NCBI GenBank assembly: GCA_030141605.1
Contig: JAQGDQ010000299.1
Location: 137,837-201,836 of the forward strand
From: Tubiluchus corallicola
Taxonomy: Eukaryota > Animalia > Priapulida
Reading direction: 5' to 3'
DNA: 64,000 bases
The translations under genes were made by a program, and so were the position numbers. This document shows, piece by piece, positions 33,912-47,112 of the stretch. Position 1 is the first letter of the stretch. Every line of letters starts with the position of its first letter. Under the pieces are notes generated by a model that was given only the letters and a program-made list of their open reading frames with translations, was not told where the DNA came from and did not search any database.

Positions 33912-36574
33912 AGTGAGAGTTAATATCACTAGATAAAAAATGGCTTTTATTTAAAGTATGAGAACATCCCTAAAACGTAACCTTGCTAACAGTGGAATTG
34001 CCCTTGTGCTAATGCCACTGCTAATAAACAACATTTGCTGTTCTAACTATTAGGTTATTTGCTCATGCCTGCTACTAAATTGGTCTAAAATTGAAAATGA
34101 CAAGCAGAAACTAGCAATAAACCTGCTAGCGATTCACAGCTAAAAGGAAAACGCTTCAGTTTATGTTTCTCCAATGTCGTTGCACCCTGTAACCCCTAAA
34201 GATTTCTTGTAAGATTATGTAGAGAATAAGAGCGTCTTTAGAACAAAAATGGTTTTGACATACTTACCACAGAGTTATTGTGTGAAAAGGCTAATTTTTA
34301 ATTGTAGTATCGTTAATTTCCATTTAGTGGGTTTAGCCAGTTGATGAGGAAATGTTTTGGAATATTTTGCATGCCTCCAGGTGAACAATGTACAGCATGT
34401 ACTGCAACAAATAAACAGTTCGTTACCACAGTACCTGTAGGTCAAAACGCCTAGGCTTATGACTGCCGATACAGTCTACAGATGGTTTGTTAAAATCACT
34501 TGTTGTGATGGTAATGACGAGCGTTATTTAAATAATCTCTATTTAAAGTCGGCTTTAGGATTAACATAAGCTTAAAGAGCTTTTGGACCGACTGTAAATA
34601 ACAATCTACATAACAGAGACTATTATAACCCTACTTTTACCCTAATATTGCCTACTTTTACCATAACAGAGACCATTATTACCCTACTTTTACCCTAATA
34701 TTGCGCTGTTCCTTGCGGCGCGTTCAGACTAGCGCTCTTTCAATGCACAATACATTATAAACCGTAAACGATGAAACCACAAATAATGATGACAAAGTCA
34801 ATATTTTAACCATAATTGGCCGCGTTTTCTCTAATAGGCACAAGGCGGCGCTCTTGCGTGGGCGAAAATGAAATTTGCCTAATTACATTTGCTGCATATT
34901 ATCAGCGCAGATAATGACACAGAGCGGCTGCGACAGTAGCATAGTCAATTTAAGACACTTCACTGCAAAACTGCCACATCCAGATAATTAAGCGTGCTCC
35001 TCTCATTGTCAAAATAGATTAGGGCTTACACTAACTTGTTCAAGGAGGGATACCCACATTGGGGATTTAATACCTTTATAATGAAGTTGTTGCTACGTCT
35101 ATGGCTTCGTCACAAAAGCAGCGTTTGGTTGTTAGAGGGCAGAACTTATTCGGCTTACAAGATTTAGTCTCTAAAGGAAAGGCCTAGCCTTTTGGGAACT
35201 GTGTTCGAGAAAAATGTTAAGAAGAATTTGTTAATAAAAGTCTTATAAGCGCCGTGTGTAATTAGTAAAATCAATTTAGAGTCGCGATCATTTTGCGCTT
35301 GGAGTGTCTTGAAATTAGAAATGCGTAAATTCGCGTACAACTATCTCTTATCTCTTATGAATATACACAATTTATATAGTAACTATTGCACTAAAATATC
35401 TGATGTGTGTAATTATAATACTAGGGCCTCGGCAGGTAGTAACTTATATTAGGATTTCGTACTAATCTAGGTTTTCCACACAATACATCATCGTGGAACT
35501 ATTTTGTGGAACTCCCTAAGTGAAGACATAAAATTCTCTACATCCACCAAAACACTAATACATGTCAAAATACAGAAACGAATTATTTCAGTCATACAGT
35601 TAATTACTTTTAATTTTTAAACATCATTTTCTTCATGTAAAATTTGTTATATAACTCTGCAATTCGTTTGCTTGTTTGTGTGTTGGCTGATTATTTTTTC
35701 ATTCCTTCATTCCCACATTCTTTTGTTTCTTCAAACTACTCGTTCGCTTCCATCATCTGTCTGCTCATTTGTGCATTTATTTGTGAATTTTGTCACTCAG
35801 TTGGTCGAACGGTGAGTCAGTAAGTCAGTGTATTTACTCAGTCTGATTTATCTGTCTAAAGCTGTAGACGCTCATACTTCTATCCAGTTATTCACACTTT
35901 TATTCACTCGTCACAGGAATTGGCCCAAATCGTCCATTACACTGATAACTCGATTTAATAGAGTTACGCTTTGACAATTATTGCTTTAATTACAAAAACA
36001 CAGTGCAGTGCAGTTTAAAACTCGTTCATGTGTGACGCTGAAGCCATTGGAATCCAGATTTGATGCAGGCAATTTCGTCTCAACGCTTTCTTGTAAATTG
36101 TCCTGTAGATTAGACGGCGGGTAGAGTTTCAAGTGTGAAATAGCTTTAATGTGGGGAGAATTAGTGGTTGAGATTGTCGCCTGCGATTGACAGTTCTCAT
36201 GGATAATAGCTTGGGATAATGGTCAGCTATATGCAACTGCTCTCTGTGTAAGACTTGAAGGTGTAAAGCTACAGGCAAATTTCTTCAAAGATCGGTTGAA
36301 GTGTCTAAAAGCAGGAAGTCGTGATTTAATCGTGCGCCTAATGCCTCTGCATGTGCAAATGCACGTATAATGCCTGGTCATGTAGATAAGTAATGTTGAA
36401 CGTTCGTGCATCATTGCATTCAGTGACGCCACGAGGCATAGATTAGGTGAAGCAAGGACGAGAGATGCTTGTAAAATATGGCAACCGAAGAAGTGACGAA
36501 GTCACACAACTTATTATTATTGTAAAACCTAAGGGTGGACATGTTGGTAGGGTGTGGGTGGCTGGATTCGTTAA

Positions 36575-36587
36575 AGGTCAAAGGTCA
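36575..36587 (+). promoter_or_regulatory. Perfect DR1 nuclear-receptor element AGGTCAaAGGTCA
   Basis: Exact match to the HNF4/RXR/COUP-TF DR1 consensus. Function untested. Confidence 0.35.
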
Positions 36588-37659
36588 GTTTTTGCGTACC
36601 TCCTGCAGATCTAGTACAAAGTGTATAATTGGAAATGTGGGACTGAAACGTATTGAAATATAATGCATGAACTTTACAAACTGCAGACTGGAGACAGTTT
36701 TTACCCAGTAGATACTGAGAGTTGACCCCGACAATGACCGTTGGTGAAAAGCTCAAGGTCGTCAATTACTGGTAAATGATAAAGTTTTGTATCTGCATTT
36801 GTTCATAAAAACCCTGTTTAGCTACAGTAGTTTCAGCGTTTTGATGATCTGATAAACATAAACAAAGCTTTGTTTACTGTGTAATTTGTCTGGTTCTTGC
36901 TAGTTTTTACTCTGCTAATCGGTTAAGCTGTTTTATTCGTTCTAGGGTTTTTGCTAGAACTGTGTCAGATTGAAGATTACTGAGCAAGCAAGTTTCTGGT
37001 ACGATAGTAGTAGTAGTGGTGGTAGTTGTAGTGGTAGTGGTTAGTTTATTGACATGTCACAAGAACTTATATAACATTATGACAGTAGTTGCAGGATGAC
37101 CGTCCTGTAAATAACAAGTACATAAACTTTTCAGAGTGCAGTTAAAACAGGTGAAAACATTTCTTTACAAAACTAGTTAGATCTACATGATGGTTAGTAG
37201 CACACAAGGTGGTAATATTAGTAAAGGCATCATTGATAAATCTTTAGAGCTGATGTCAACATAGCGCAATCTATTATCTTTCTTCCTACCATTTCCACTA
37301 ACACATCCTTCTACCCTTCCTATGTAGTCTAACCTTTCTCCCAGTTCTTTTTTTTTGTTCACTCATCCATTCTTTTTTTATTGGGTGCACATGACAGTGG
37401 GCTTATACAAGCCTTTGCTTCTCTAGCCCACTGCAGTACATATATTCTTTTATGATAACGACAGTACAATTATTCTTTTATGATAACGATAGTGTATGAA
37501 ACATAAGAATTTAATGCAGTAGATGTAATAATTTTGATGTCACTGTGTGCTTAATGTCATTATATTGTACTGAATGTGATAATAATAATAAATAAAAATA
37601 ATAAATAAAAAAATGTTAAGCAGCTTGAATAAGCGTATCTGAGGTGCTTTGTTTTCAGA

Positions 37660-37900
37660 CGTTTGCACAGTATACGTTCCTGTCTGAATACTAGTTGTGT
37701 CATAGGTACATAGGCGTTGTTTTCTGGGTATTCTACTCCAGCGCCCCCTTTCGATCATAAGATTATGCGATGAAAGGCGCGCCCGTGTATACGCTAATCT
37801 ATCTTTTCCCACAAGCCTAGCGTTGACATCTCTACTCCAGTATATTGGATGATGTATTAAACGGATTAAATTCTTTATACAGAATGTACTTTATCTGAGT
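37660..37900 (-). mobile_element. Non-LTR retrotransposon C-terminal remnant
   Basis: RLAYTRARLSSHNLMIERGRWSRIPRKQRLC matches the RLS.H.L.IE.GR...R.C motif. A possible tail lies at ~37005-37050. Confidence 0.7.
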
Positions 37901-38956
37901 TGAATTTCATATTGTTTTTAGGCGTTGTTTATCAGAATTCATGACGTTTTTTGTGCCCTAGGCCTTGATATTGTTGATATATTTTGCTGTACGATAGCCA
38001 CTAGCCATGGCTTTATCAACAAGTTTCGTAAGAATTTCATGCAGAGACAAATGGCTTTCAATTTTTTGCCAAAACTTGAGTTAACAGCTGTAATGTGTAT
38101 GGCAATAATGGACTTTGATTAGTTATTTTTCAATCTTCACATAAGCAGTGTTCAATGTTTAGATTTTTAGAGGCAAGATTAGCTGCCTAAGAACTCGGGT
38201 GATATTTTTTGCACAGGTTGTCAGGGTTCAGATTGGCAGTCAAAAATAAGAAACAATCGTGAAACTCCATTGATTTTGTTCTTAATAAAGATTGTTGATT
38301 TACGACTACAATACGCTCTCGTTGATTGGTCCTAAGACGAATAGGACGCAAGTCGGACCTTTATATCAAAGCGGTGCGCCCCTACACGCAAGACGTTGTA
38401 CAGTGTACACGTACTAAATATGGCGGCGCCCACGATGAATTTATCGAAACAGATAGCGATTTAAAGTTAATTTGTTTAAAAATAAAGACAATATCAGTTA
38501 TAGTTGGCTTTGTGTAAATTAAGCGAATGTCCGAAAAGTCTCTCATAGCAACCCGTTGTTATAGACTCCATGTTGTTGCTTAGCAACTGATTACATCCTA
38601 ACGTTACGTCAACTGGTACGTCTATGTCGTCAGTTGATGCTTGACTTGGCTTCAGCGGTCATACACAGTGTCTTGTGTACTCTTTAAGTTGTGTGTTTGT
38701 TAATCATGTTCTTGTGAAGATGTGTACTTTATTTATCATTCTGTCTTCCATGATTTTTGCCGTTTTGGCTCGTAAACTGTGTCTGCAGAATAAACGTCAT
38801 GTTTAAAATGTCGCATTTCAACTGCCGTTGTTTGTGGTATTTTTTGTAGTTGTATGATTGGCTCCGTCTTTCGTTCAGCAAGATGTTTCTAGGTTTTTCT
38901 TTTGGTTTCTTGTATCCTGGCAGTGTGAGTAACTGAGTAAGTAACTTGATTGAAAC

Positions 38957-39505
38957 GCATGTACACTGACTGGACAGCATATGCACTGGCCTGGACAGCA
39001 TGAGAAGGACAGGACAGTATGTATATTGGACTGGACAGCATGAGAAGGACAGGAGAGCATGTACACTGGACTGGACAGCATGAGAAGGACAGGAGAGCAT
39101 GTACACTGGACTGGACTGCATGAGTAGGATAGGACAGCATGTGCACCGGACTGGACAGCATGAGAAGAACAGGAACAACATGTGCACTGGACTGGACTGC
39201 ATGAGAAGAACAGGAACAACATGTGCACTGGACTGGACTGCATGAGAAGGACAGGGCAGCATGTACACTGGACTTGACAGCATGAGAAGGTAAGCACAGC
39301 ATGTGCACTGGACTGGACAGCATGAGAAGGTCAACACAACATGTACGCTGGACTAGACAGCATGAGAAGAACAGTAGCAGCATGTGCACTGGACTGGACA
39401 GCATGAGAGGGTCAGCACAACATGTACGCTGGACTGGACAGCATGAGAAGAACAGGAACAGCATGTACATTGGACAGGACAGCAAGTACGCTGGAGTGGA
39501 CAGCG
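38957..39505. repeat. 40-bp minisatellite (~13 copies)
   Basis: Unit gcatgtacactggactggacagcatgagaaggacaggaca, made of 21+19-bp subunits. Confidence 0.95.
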
Positions 39506-40428
39506 TGAAAATTTGTGTAATAGCGGTGGACACGTTAGATTAGTAACTTTGATATCTGTTAAATTTATTTAATATTGTAAAAACTCTCATTCAGTTATCC
39601 TTTCTGTACAAATAAGAATGAAATGAACGGCTATAGAGATGATTTAGAAATTTTTAAATTATTTCTATAGACGTTCGCTTTTATTTGTGTTAATATGAGA
39701 TGTAGCAGTACGTCTATTAAACCATTATGATACCCTTTTTACAAATTCATTTTATCACACGCAAACTGTGAAGTTTTGCATGGTTAAAACTGCTTGTGTA
39801 GACTTTTAAATAAATCTGTCTTTAGCAAACACATTACGATAGTAGCGTCATAAGTAACTTGATGCATAAGGCATCCCGCTTTTTGTCCGGAAGTGGGTTC
39901 AATTCCACTGCAAGGAAAAATCTGGGCCAACTTTAAAAATCTTCTTCGCCAAGATCCTGCAACGAATTTACCAGAGTAGAAGAAGCTTGGTAATAATAAT
40001 TTTTCTATTGTCCGCTTGTTGATTTGGTTTTAGTGACCGCATGTGGGGTTATGGGTTCTAATCACGCGTGTTCATTTCTGTTGTTGTACGATAAATTTTC
40101 GATCTATAAGCGACGTTAAACAAGGATTTTTTTGGTTACTTTTCACAGAGTCCTAATATACACCTGTTTTTAATATATCCTTTCTGCTTTTTTCACTAGA
40201 CTTTAAATTACACCTTTCAACTGCGCAGTAAATCATTTTATATCACCGCGATGCACTTAATTTCGAACTGTTAAAATGTGACGCAAAATCAATGAGGTGG
40301 GTTTGATTAATAACCCAATTTGCAGTGCAAATTTGCAATTGATTTAGCAGCCTGTAACTTTATCCAAGAAAGTTATTAATTTGCGTGTCATTACAGCTGA
40401 CATTATATGCAATTAGTGAAGACAAGCC

Positions 40429-43400
40429 TCCTGATCATGCTGGTAGGTTTGTCCTGGACATGCTGGTAGGTTTGTCCTGGGCATGCTAGTGGGTTTGGCC
40501 TGGTCATGCTGGTAGGTTTGTCCTGGACATGCTAGTAGGTTTGTCCTGGTCATGCTGGTAGGTTTGTCCTGGACATGCTGATGGGTTTGTCCTGGACATG
40601 CTGGTAGGTTTTTCCTGGGCATGCTGGTGGGTTTGTCGATGTGAATGGTGATGAGTTTGTCCTGGGCATGCTGGTGGGTTTGTCCTGGACATGCTGGTGG
40701 GTTTGTTCTGGACATGCTGGTAGGTTTGTTCTGGTCATGCTGGTGGGTTTGTCCTGGGCATGCTGGTAGGTTTGTCCTGGTCATGCCGGTAGGTTTGTCC
40801 TGGGCATGCTGGTGGGTTTGTCCTGGTCATGCTGGTAGGTTTGTCCTGGGCATGCTGGTGGGTTTGTCCTGGGCATGCTGGTGGGTTTGTCCTGGGCATG
40901 CTAGTGGGTTTGTCCTGGGCATGCTAGTGGGTTTGTCCTGGTCATGCTGGTAGGTTTGTCCTGGGCATGCTAGTGGGTTTGTCCTGGTCATGCTGGTAGG
41001 TTTGTCCTGGACATGCTAGTGGGTTTGTCCTGGGCATGCTGGTAGGTTTGTCCTGGACATGCTGGTAGGTTTGTCCTGGGCATGCTAGTAGGTTTGTCCT
41101 GGGCATGCTAGTGGGTTTGTCCTGGTCATGCTGGTAGGTTTGGTCTGGGCATGCTAGTGGGTTTGTCCTGGTCATGCTGGTAGGTTTGTCCTGGACATGC
41201 TAGTGGGTTTGTCCTGGGCATGCTGGTAGGTTTGTCCTGGACATGCTGGTAGGTTTGTCCTGGGCATGCTAGTAGGTTTGTCCTGGGCATGCTAGTGGGT
41301 TTGTCCTGGTCATGCTGGTAGGTTTGTTCTGGGCATGCTAGTGGATTTGTTCTGGTCATGCTGGTGGGTTTGTCCATGTGAATGGTGATGAGTTTGTCCT
41401 GGGCATGTTGGTGGGTTTGTCGTAGGCATGCTGGTAGGTTTGTCCTGGACATGCTGGTAGGTTTGGCCTGGTCATGCTGGTAGGTTTGTTCTGGACATGC
41501 TGGTAGGTTTGTCCTGGTCATGCTGGTAGGTTTGTCCTGGGCATGCTGGTAGGTTTGTCCTGGTCATGCTGGTAGGTTTGTCCTGGGCATGCTAGTGGGT
41601 TTGTCCTTGTCATGCTGGTAGGTTTGTCCTGGTCATGCTGGTAGGTTTGTCCTGGGCATGCTAGTGGGTTTGTCCTGGTCATGGTGGTAGGTTTGTCCTG
41701 GGCATGCTGGTAGGTTTGTCCTGGTCATGCTAGTAGGTTTGTCCTGGGCATGCTGGTGGGTTTGTCCTGGTCATGCTGGTAGGTTTGTCCTGGGCATGCT
41801 AGTGGGTTTGTCCTGGACATGCTAGTGGGTTTGTCCTGGTCATGGTGGTAGGTTTGTCCTGGACATGCTAGTAGGTTTGTCCTGGTCATGCTAGTGGGTT
41901 TGTCCTGGTCATGCTGGTGGGTTTGTCCTGGGCATGCTGGTAGGTTTGTCCTGGGCATGCTAGTGGGTTTGTCCTGGGCATGCTGGTAGGTTTGTCCTGG
42001 GCATGCTAGTGGGTTTGTTCTGGTCATGCTGGTGGGTTTGTCCATGTGAATGGTGATGAGTTTGTCCTGGGCATGTTGGTGGGTTTGTCGTAGGCACGCT
42101 GGTAGGTTTGTCCTGGACATGCTGGTAGGTTTGTCCTGGACATGCTGGTGGGTTTGTCCTGGTCATGCTGGTAGGTTTGTCCTGGGCATGCTAGTGGGTT
42201 TGTCCTGGGCATGCTGGTGGGTTTGTCCTGGGCATGCTAGTGGGTTTGTCCTGGGCATACTAGTGGGTTTGTCCTGGGCATGCTAGTGGGTTTGTCCTGG
42301 ACATGCTGGTAGGTTTGTTCTGGTCATGCTGGTAGGTTTGTCCTGGGCATGCTAGTGGGTTTGTCCATGTGAATGGTGATGAGTTTGTCCTGGGCATGTT
42401 GGTGGGTTTGTTGTAGGCATGCTGGTGGGTTTGTCCTGGGCATGCTGGTGGGTTTGTCCTGGGCATGCTGGTGGGTTTGTCCTGGTCATGCTGGTAGGTT
42501 TGTTCTGGTCATACTGGTAGGTTTGTCCTGGGCATGCTAGTGGGTTTGTCCTGGACATGCTGGTAGGTTTGTTCTGGACATGCTGGTAGGTTTGTCCTGG
42601 ACATGCTGGTGGGTTTGTCCTGGGCATGCTGGTAGGTTTGTCCTGGTCATGCTAGTAGGTTTGTCCTGGGCATGCTGGTGGGTTTGTACTGGTCATGCTG
42701 GTAGGTTTGTCCTGGGCATGCTAGTGGGTTTGTCCTGGTCATGCTGGTAGGTTTGTCCTGGGCATGCTAGTGGGTTTGTCCTGGACATGCTAGTGGGTTT
42801 GTCCTGGTCATGGTGGTAGGTTTGTCCTGGACATGCTAGTAGGTTTGTCCTGGTCATGCTAGTGGGCTTGTCCTGGTCATGCTGGTGGGTTTGTCCTGGG
42901 CATGCTGGTAGGTTTGTCCTGGGCATGCTAGTGGGTTTGTCCTGGGCATGCTGGTAGGTTTGTCCTGGGCATGCTAGTGGGTTTGTTCTGGTCATGCTGG
43001 TGGGTTTGTCCATGTGAATGGTGATGAGTTTGTCCTGGGCATGTTGGTGGGTTTGTCGTAGGCACGCTGGTAGGTTTGTCCTGGACATGCTGGTAGGTTT
43101 GTCCTGGACATGCTGGTGGGTTTGTCCTGGTCATGCTGGTAGGTTTGTCCTGGGCATGCTAGTGGGTTTGTCCTGGGCATGCTGGTGGGTTTGTCCTGGG
43201 CATGCTAGTGGGTTTGTCCTGGGCATGCTAGTGGGTTTGTCCTGGGCATGCTAGTGGGTTTGTCCTGGACATGCTGGTAGGTTTGTTCTGGTCATGCTGG
43301 TAGGTTTGTCCTGGGCATGCTAGTGGGTTTGTCCATGTGAATGGTGATGAGTTTGTCCTGGGCATGTTGGTGGGTTTGTTGTAGGCATGCTGGTGGGTTT

Positions 43401-44193
43401 GTCCTGGGCATGCTGGTGGGTTTGTCCTGGGCATGCTGGTGGGTTTGTCCTGGGCATGCTGGTGGGTTTGTCCTGGTCATGCTGGTAGGTTTGTTCTGGT
43501 CATACTGGTAGGTTTGTCCTGGGCATGCTAGTGGGTTTGTCCTGGACATGCTGGTAGGTTTGTTCTGGACATGCTGGTAGGTTTGTCCTGGACATGCTGG
43601 TGGGTTTGTCCTGGGCATGCTGGTAGGTTTGTCCTGGTCATGCTAGTAGGTTTGTCCTGGGCATGCTGGTGGGTTTGTCCTGGTCATGCTGGTAGGTTTG
43701 TCCTGGGCATGCTAGTGGGTTTGTCCTGGGCATGCTAATGGGTTTGTCCATGTGAATGGTGATGAGTTTGTCCTGGGCATGTTGGTGGGTTTGTTGTAGA
43801 CATGCTGGTAGGTTTGTCCTGGTCATGCTGGTAGGTTTGTCCTGGTCATGCTGGTAGGTTTGTCCTGGGCATGCTAGTGGGTTTGTCCTGGTCATGCTGG
43901 TGGGTTTGTCCCGGTCATGCTGGTTTGTTTATCGTAAACATGCTGGTGGATTTTTTTGTCCTGAACATGCTGGTGGATTTTTTGTCCTGAACATGCTGGT
44001 GGATTTTTTGTCCTGAACATGCTGGTGGATTTTTTGTCCTGAACATGCTGGTGGATTTTTTGTCCTGAGCATGCTGGTGGATTTTTTGTCCTGAACATGC
44101 TGGTGGATTTTTTGTCCTGAGCATGCTGGTGGATTTTTTGTCCCGGTCATGCTGGTGGGTTTGTCCTGAGCATGCTGGTAGGTTTGTCCTGGT
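40429..44193. repeat. 23-bp minisatellite (~160 units) with higher-order structure and a terminal 26-bp variant block
   Basis: Unit catgct(g/a)gt(a/g)ggtttgtcctgg(g/t/a). The 26-bp variant catgctggtggattttttgtcctgaa occupies ~43940-44150. Confidence 0.98.
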
Positions 44194-45026
44194 ATCAGGT
44201 ATTAGCTATCAGATTAGACAACGTTTCTCTACATGAGTTGAATGTGTTTTATATCGGTTATTTGATAATGTTTGCATGGGCAGGTTATAAAAACTGGTTT
44301 TAAGACATTCTGGCCTCTATCAAGGTGACCCTGTTAATTACAGGTGCAGGAATTATAGATTTCAACAGGCACTGTAATAATTATTGTGCGATAGTTTTTC
44401 AATTTTAATTTCACAACGGACGATCATTTGTTCTCATGTTTATAGGGAAGCTTTTGAACACGCTGTAAAAATGGTGTGATAGTAAATTAGGCATTGTGGC
44501 AAAATTCCTACAAAGTAACGCAAGTTATGTCCACACAAGGAATGGATACATTTTGTGGGAAACTAGGGAAAGAGCGTTTACCTAATGACTGTGCATTGGG
44601 TGCTTATGGAATTGTTTTGCATAAAATGAAACTGGTAGCATTACTGCTACCTAGTAACGCTAGTAGAACACTTTGTTTACTGTAGCAACACTTTGCCTCT
44701 GCTGAGAAACATTTGTTTTTATGCAAAATGTTCCATCTTTTATTTGAGATACTTTTCACCTCAAGCTACAAAAAGATGAAAGTTTGGTATGAATAAAATT
44801 TGTTCTCTGTGTTCAAAGTATGAAAAATGTTCTTTTTTCTTTTGGAACGAAAACGAACAAAGAGTTTTATCAGTTAAACTTCTAAAAGGTATTTGTGATA
44901 AGATATGCTATTAATTGTTACTATGCTGGTTATCTATGACTTATTTATTTTGTATTTTTTTCAGGTGTTAAAATGTCGTCTTCTTTAGCTTGACCGTTGA
45001 GCAGGGATGTTCATATTCCAGCTAAC

Positions 45027-45188
45027 ATGTCTTCGGCAGCGATTGAGAAGCTATATGGTAATGAGAATACGGCGGGAGGGGGAGTTGCGGCGGCGTCGTT
45101 GGTTGCCTCTATAACTGGTGCTCCAGATGGCTTGGGTGTTGTGGAACACGTAGATGTGATGCAGGAAAATATCACATTTGCTGTAACG
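45027..45188 (+). CDS. TMEM184B: TMEM184-family protein, probable first coding exon (exon acceptor at 44965)
   Basis: Strong acceptor tttttttcAG at 44964. ATG at 45027 gives MSSAAIEKLYGNENTAGGGVAAASL...QENITFAVT. The phase-0 donor (GTgggt at 45189, or GTaacg at 45183) fits the next exon. The N-terminus is not conserved, so boundaries are less certain. Confidence 0.7.
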
Positions 45189-47022
45189 GTGGGTTCTCAG
45201 TTTAGGATTATGGTTTTTAGCATGACTCACTTAACAGCTTGTAGAATTTTTTCAATTCAATTCAATTCAACTCAATTTTATTTTCTCAATAGCAGTTAAA
45301 ATTCGTCATAATTATTTTTACATTTCATTGCAGCTGAGAAGGAGCAGCGAAAGACCTATTGGTCACTTGGTCAGCTGCCCCTTATTAAAAATACAAGTTT
45401 ACTCACAGGCTCATGACATCTTTTAGGTGTTTGTGTATATATAAAAGGCAAAAGCAACAAAAATCTACTCAAAGCTAAAATGCAATTCCACTCTGAATAA
45501 AAGGAAGTTTTCACAATCAATGCAAAACGGAATTTAACTCATAGCAAAAAATTATATCAAACAAAATGAAACTCAAAGCGAAAATTTTATCAAGCAGAAT
45601 TGTATTGTCAGTCTTGGTCTAGCCTGATTTGAGGTCAGACAGATTTGTTGCTGAAGCCAAATTTTGTCGATAATTGTACTTTTGGTTCAGGTGCATTTCG
45701 TAAGGACTTATTAAGTTTCGTAATTTCGTAAACGTTCGGTAATTTTCCAGAATATTTTTCCGAGGTTTTAGTAGTATTGAACGAGTTTGCCTTTTCTTTT
45801 CTCCTAGAATACCTAAACGTTAAACACCGTGAAAAATCTTGGCTAAAATAGCTAAAAAAAATCCTGCCATTTATATCATCATCATCATCATCATCAGGTG
45901 TCTCTGTTATATAAATGCAACATAGCACCACTAATAATTTGATGCCATGTTCCTCGGTCTGTTACCACATCTGTTGCTACAAGATTCTTAAAGAAAACTT
46001 ACACTGTCAAACAGTTTGGTGTACAGTGTGGGAAATGTGATCATTTTTTATTAAATGCAAAAATGTATAATCTAACTCTCGTTAAATTTTTGCTTTTCTC
46101 TCATTCATTGTTGATACGGGTAGGTCCCCAATAGACATAGACATAGACATAGACATTTTATTTTTCTCCAATTTGTGCCACAAATTTTCGTTGTACAAAA
46201 AAAAATAACTTTGTCTGTGGAGATGGGGCGAGGAAAGACCGTAGGTCATCTACTCACTCACCCCTTATAATTTAATGTTGATGACAGAAAAAGAATTAAT
46301 GACACAGGATGCAAATAAACTAACAAAATAAAGCAAACATAAGCAGAATTATAAAAGCAAACATAACAACAATAGCATAAGTGAAAAAAAGAATAAACAA
46401 ACAGTGGTAAAAATAAAATGATGATGAAATTAATCACAATGCCGTAATTTATGTAGATTTCCCATATTAAACGAATTTACACGGAATATTAGATTCACAA
46501 TTTTTACTGAATAATATTGAGTAGTAGTGTAAAGGAAAAAAATTACTCTAATCAACTTATCTGTCTAGTAACGAGTTTTTGTAATTTTTAGTGATGGCAT
46601 TTCCCAAAATGAGAAAGAAAGTATTACTTATTGAAAATTAAATTGCCGTGTCTGAAACCGTATTGCATGCATCAGGTTTTTACTGTGTTGGACAGGGTTA
46701 AATTATGGTGGGTCAGTCTCAGATTTCAAGACATTTACTTGTCTTTACGAGTCTTGCTATAGAAACATTTTGCAGATTCACTTTTCGGAACGACCGCCAG
46801 GGGGCATTGTTTATATCCTTTACAACGTTGTCTGGCATGCAAAAACAAGCCAGTAACTCTTTTGTTTTCTTTGTTTAGGATGCTTACGAGCAGTCGTTAA
46901 GCGTAAACAGTGCACCTGAACTTGGCATCATTTGTAGGTTTTTATCACAATTCAGAAAATCTGAGATTTTGTGTTGAAATTGTTCCCTGGCATGCAATCA
47001 TTGATTTTATTTTGTTTTGCAG

Positions 47023-47112
47023 GAAACGGATGGAATTTTTTTGCAAACTGTCAGAGCCAAAGCGATAGCGGGTCTCTTCACATTTCTTGCATTGTTTGTA
47101 ACTTGTCATCAA
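47023..47112 (+). CDS. TMEM184B: TMEM184-family exon (TM1)
   Basis: ttttgcAG...GTaagt. Translates ETDGIFLQTVRAKAIAGLFTFLALFVTCHQ. Confidence 0.92.

Noticed and set aside
38729-39543. Cys-rich ORFs of 140-214 aa
   Set aside because: Translations of the 40-bp minisatellite, with the same peptide in all frames.
40413-44150. Many minus- and plus-strand ORFs (MPRTNPLACPGQTYQHDQDKPTS repeats)
   Set aside because: They arise from the 23-bp unit. The same peptide appears in all three frames, and there is no splice context or codon-level constraint.
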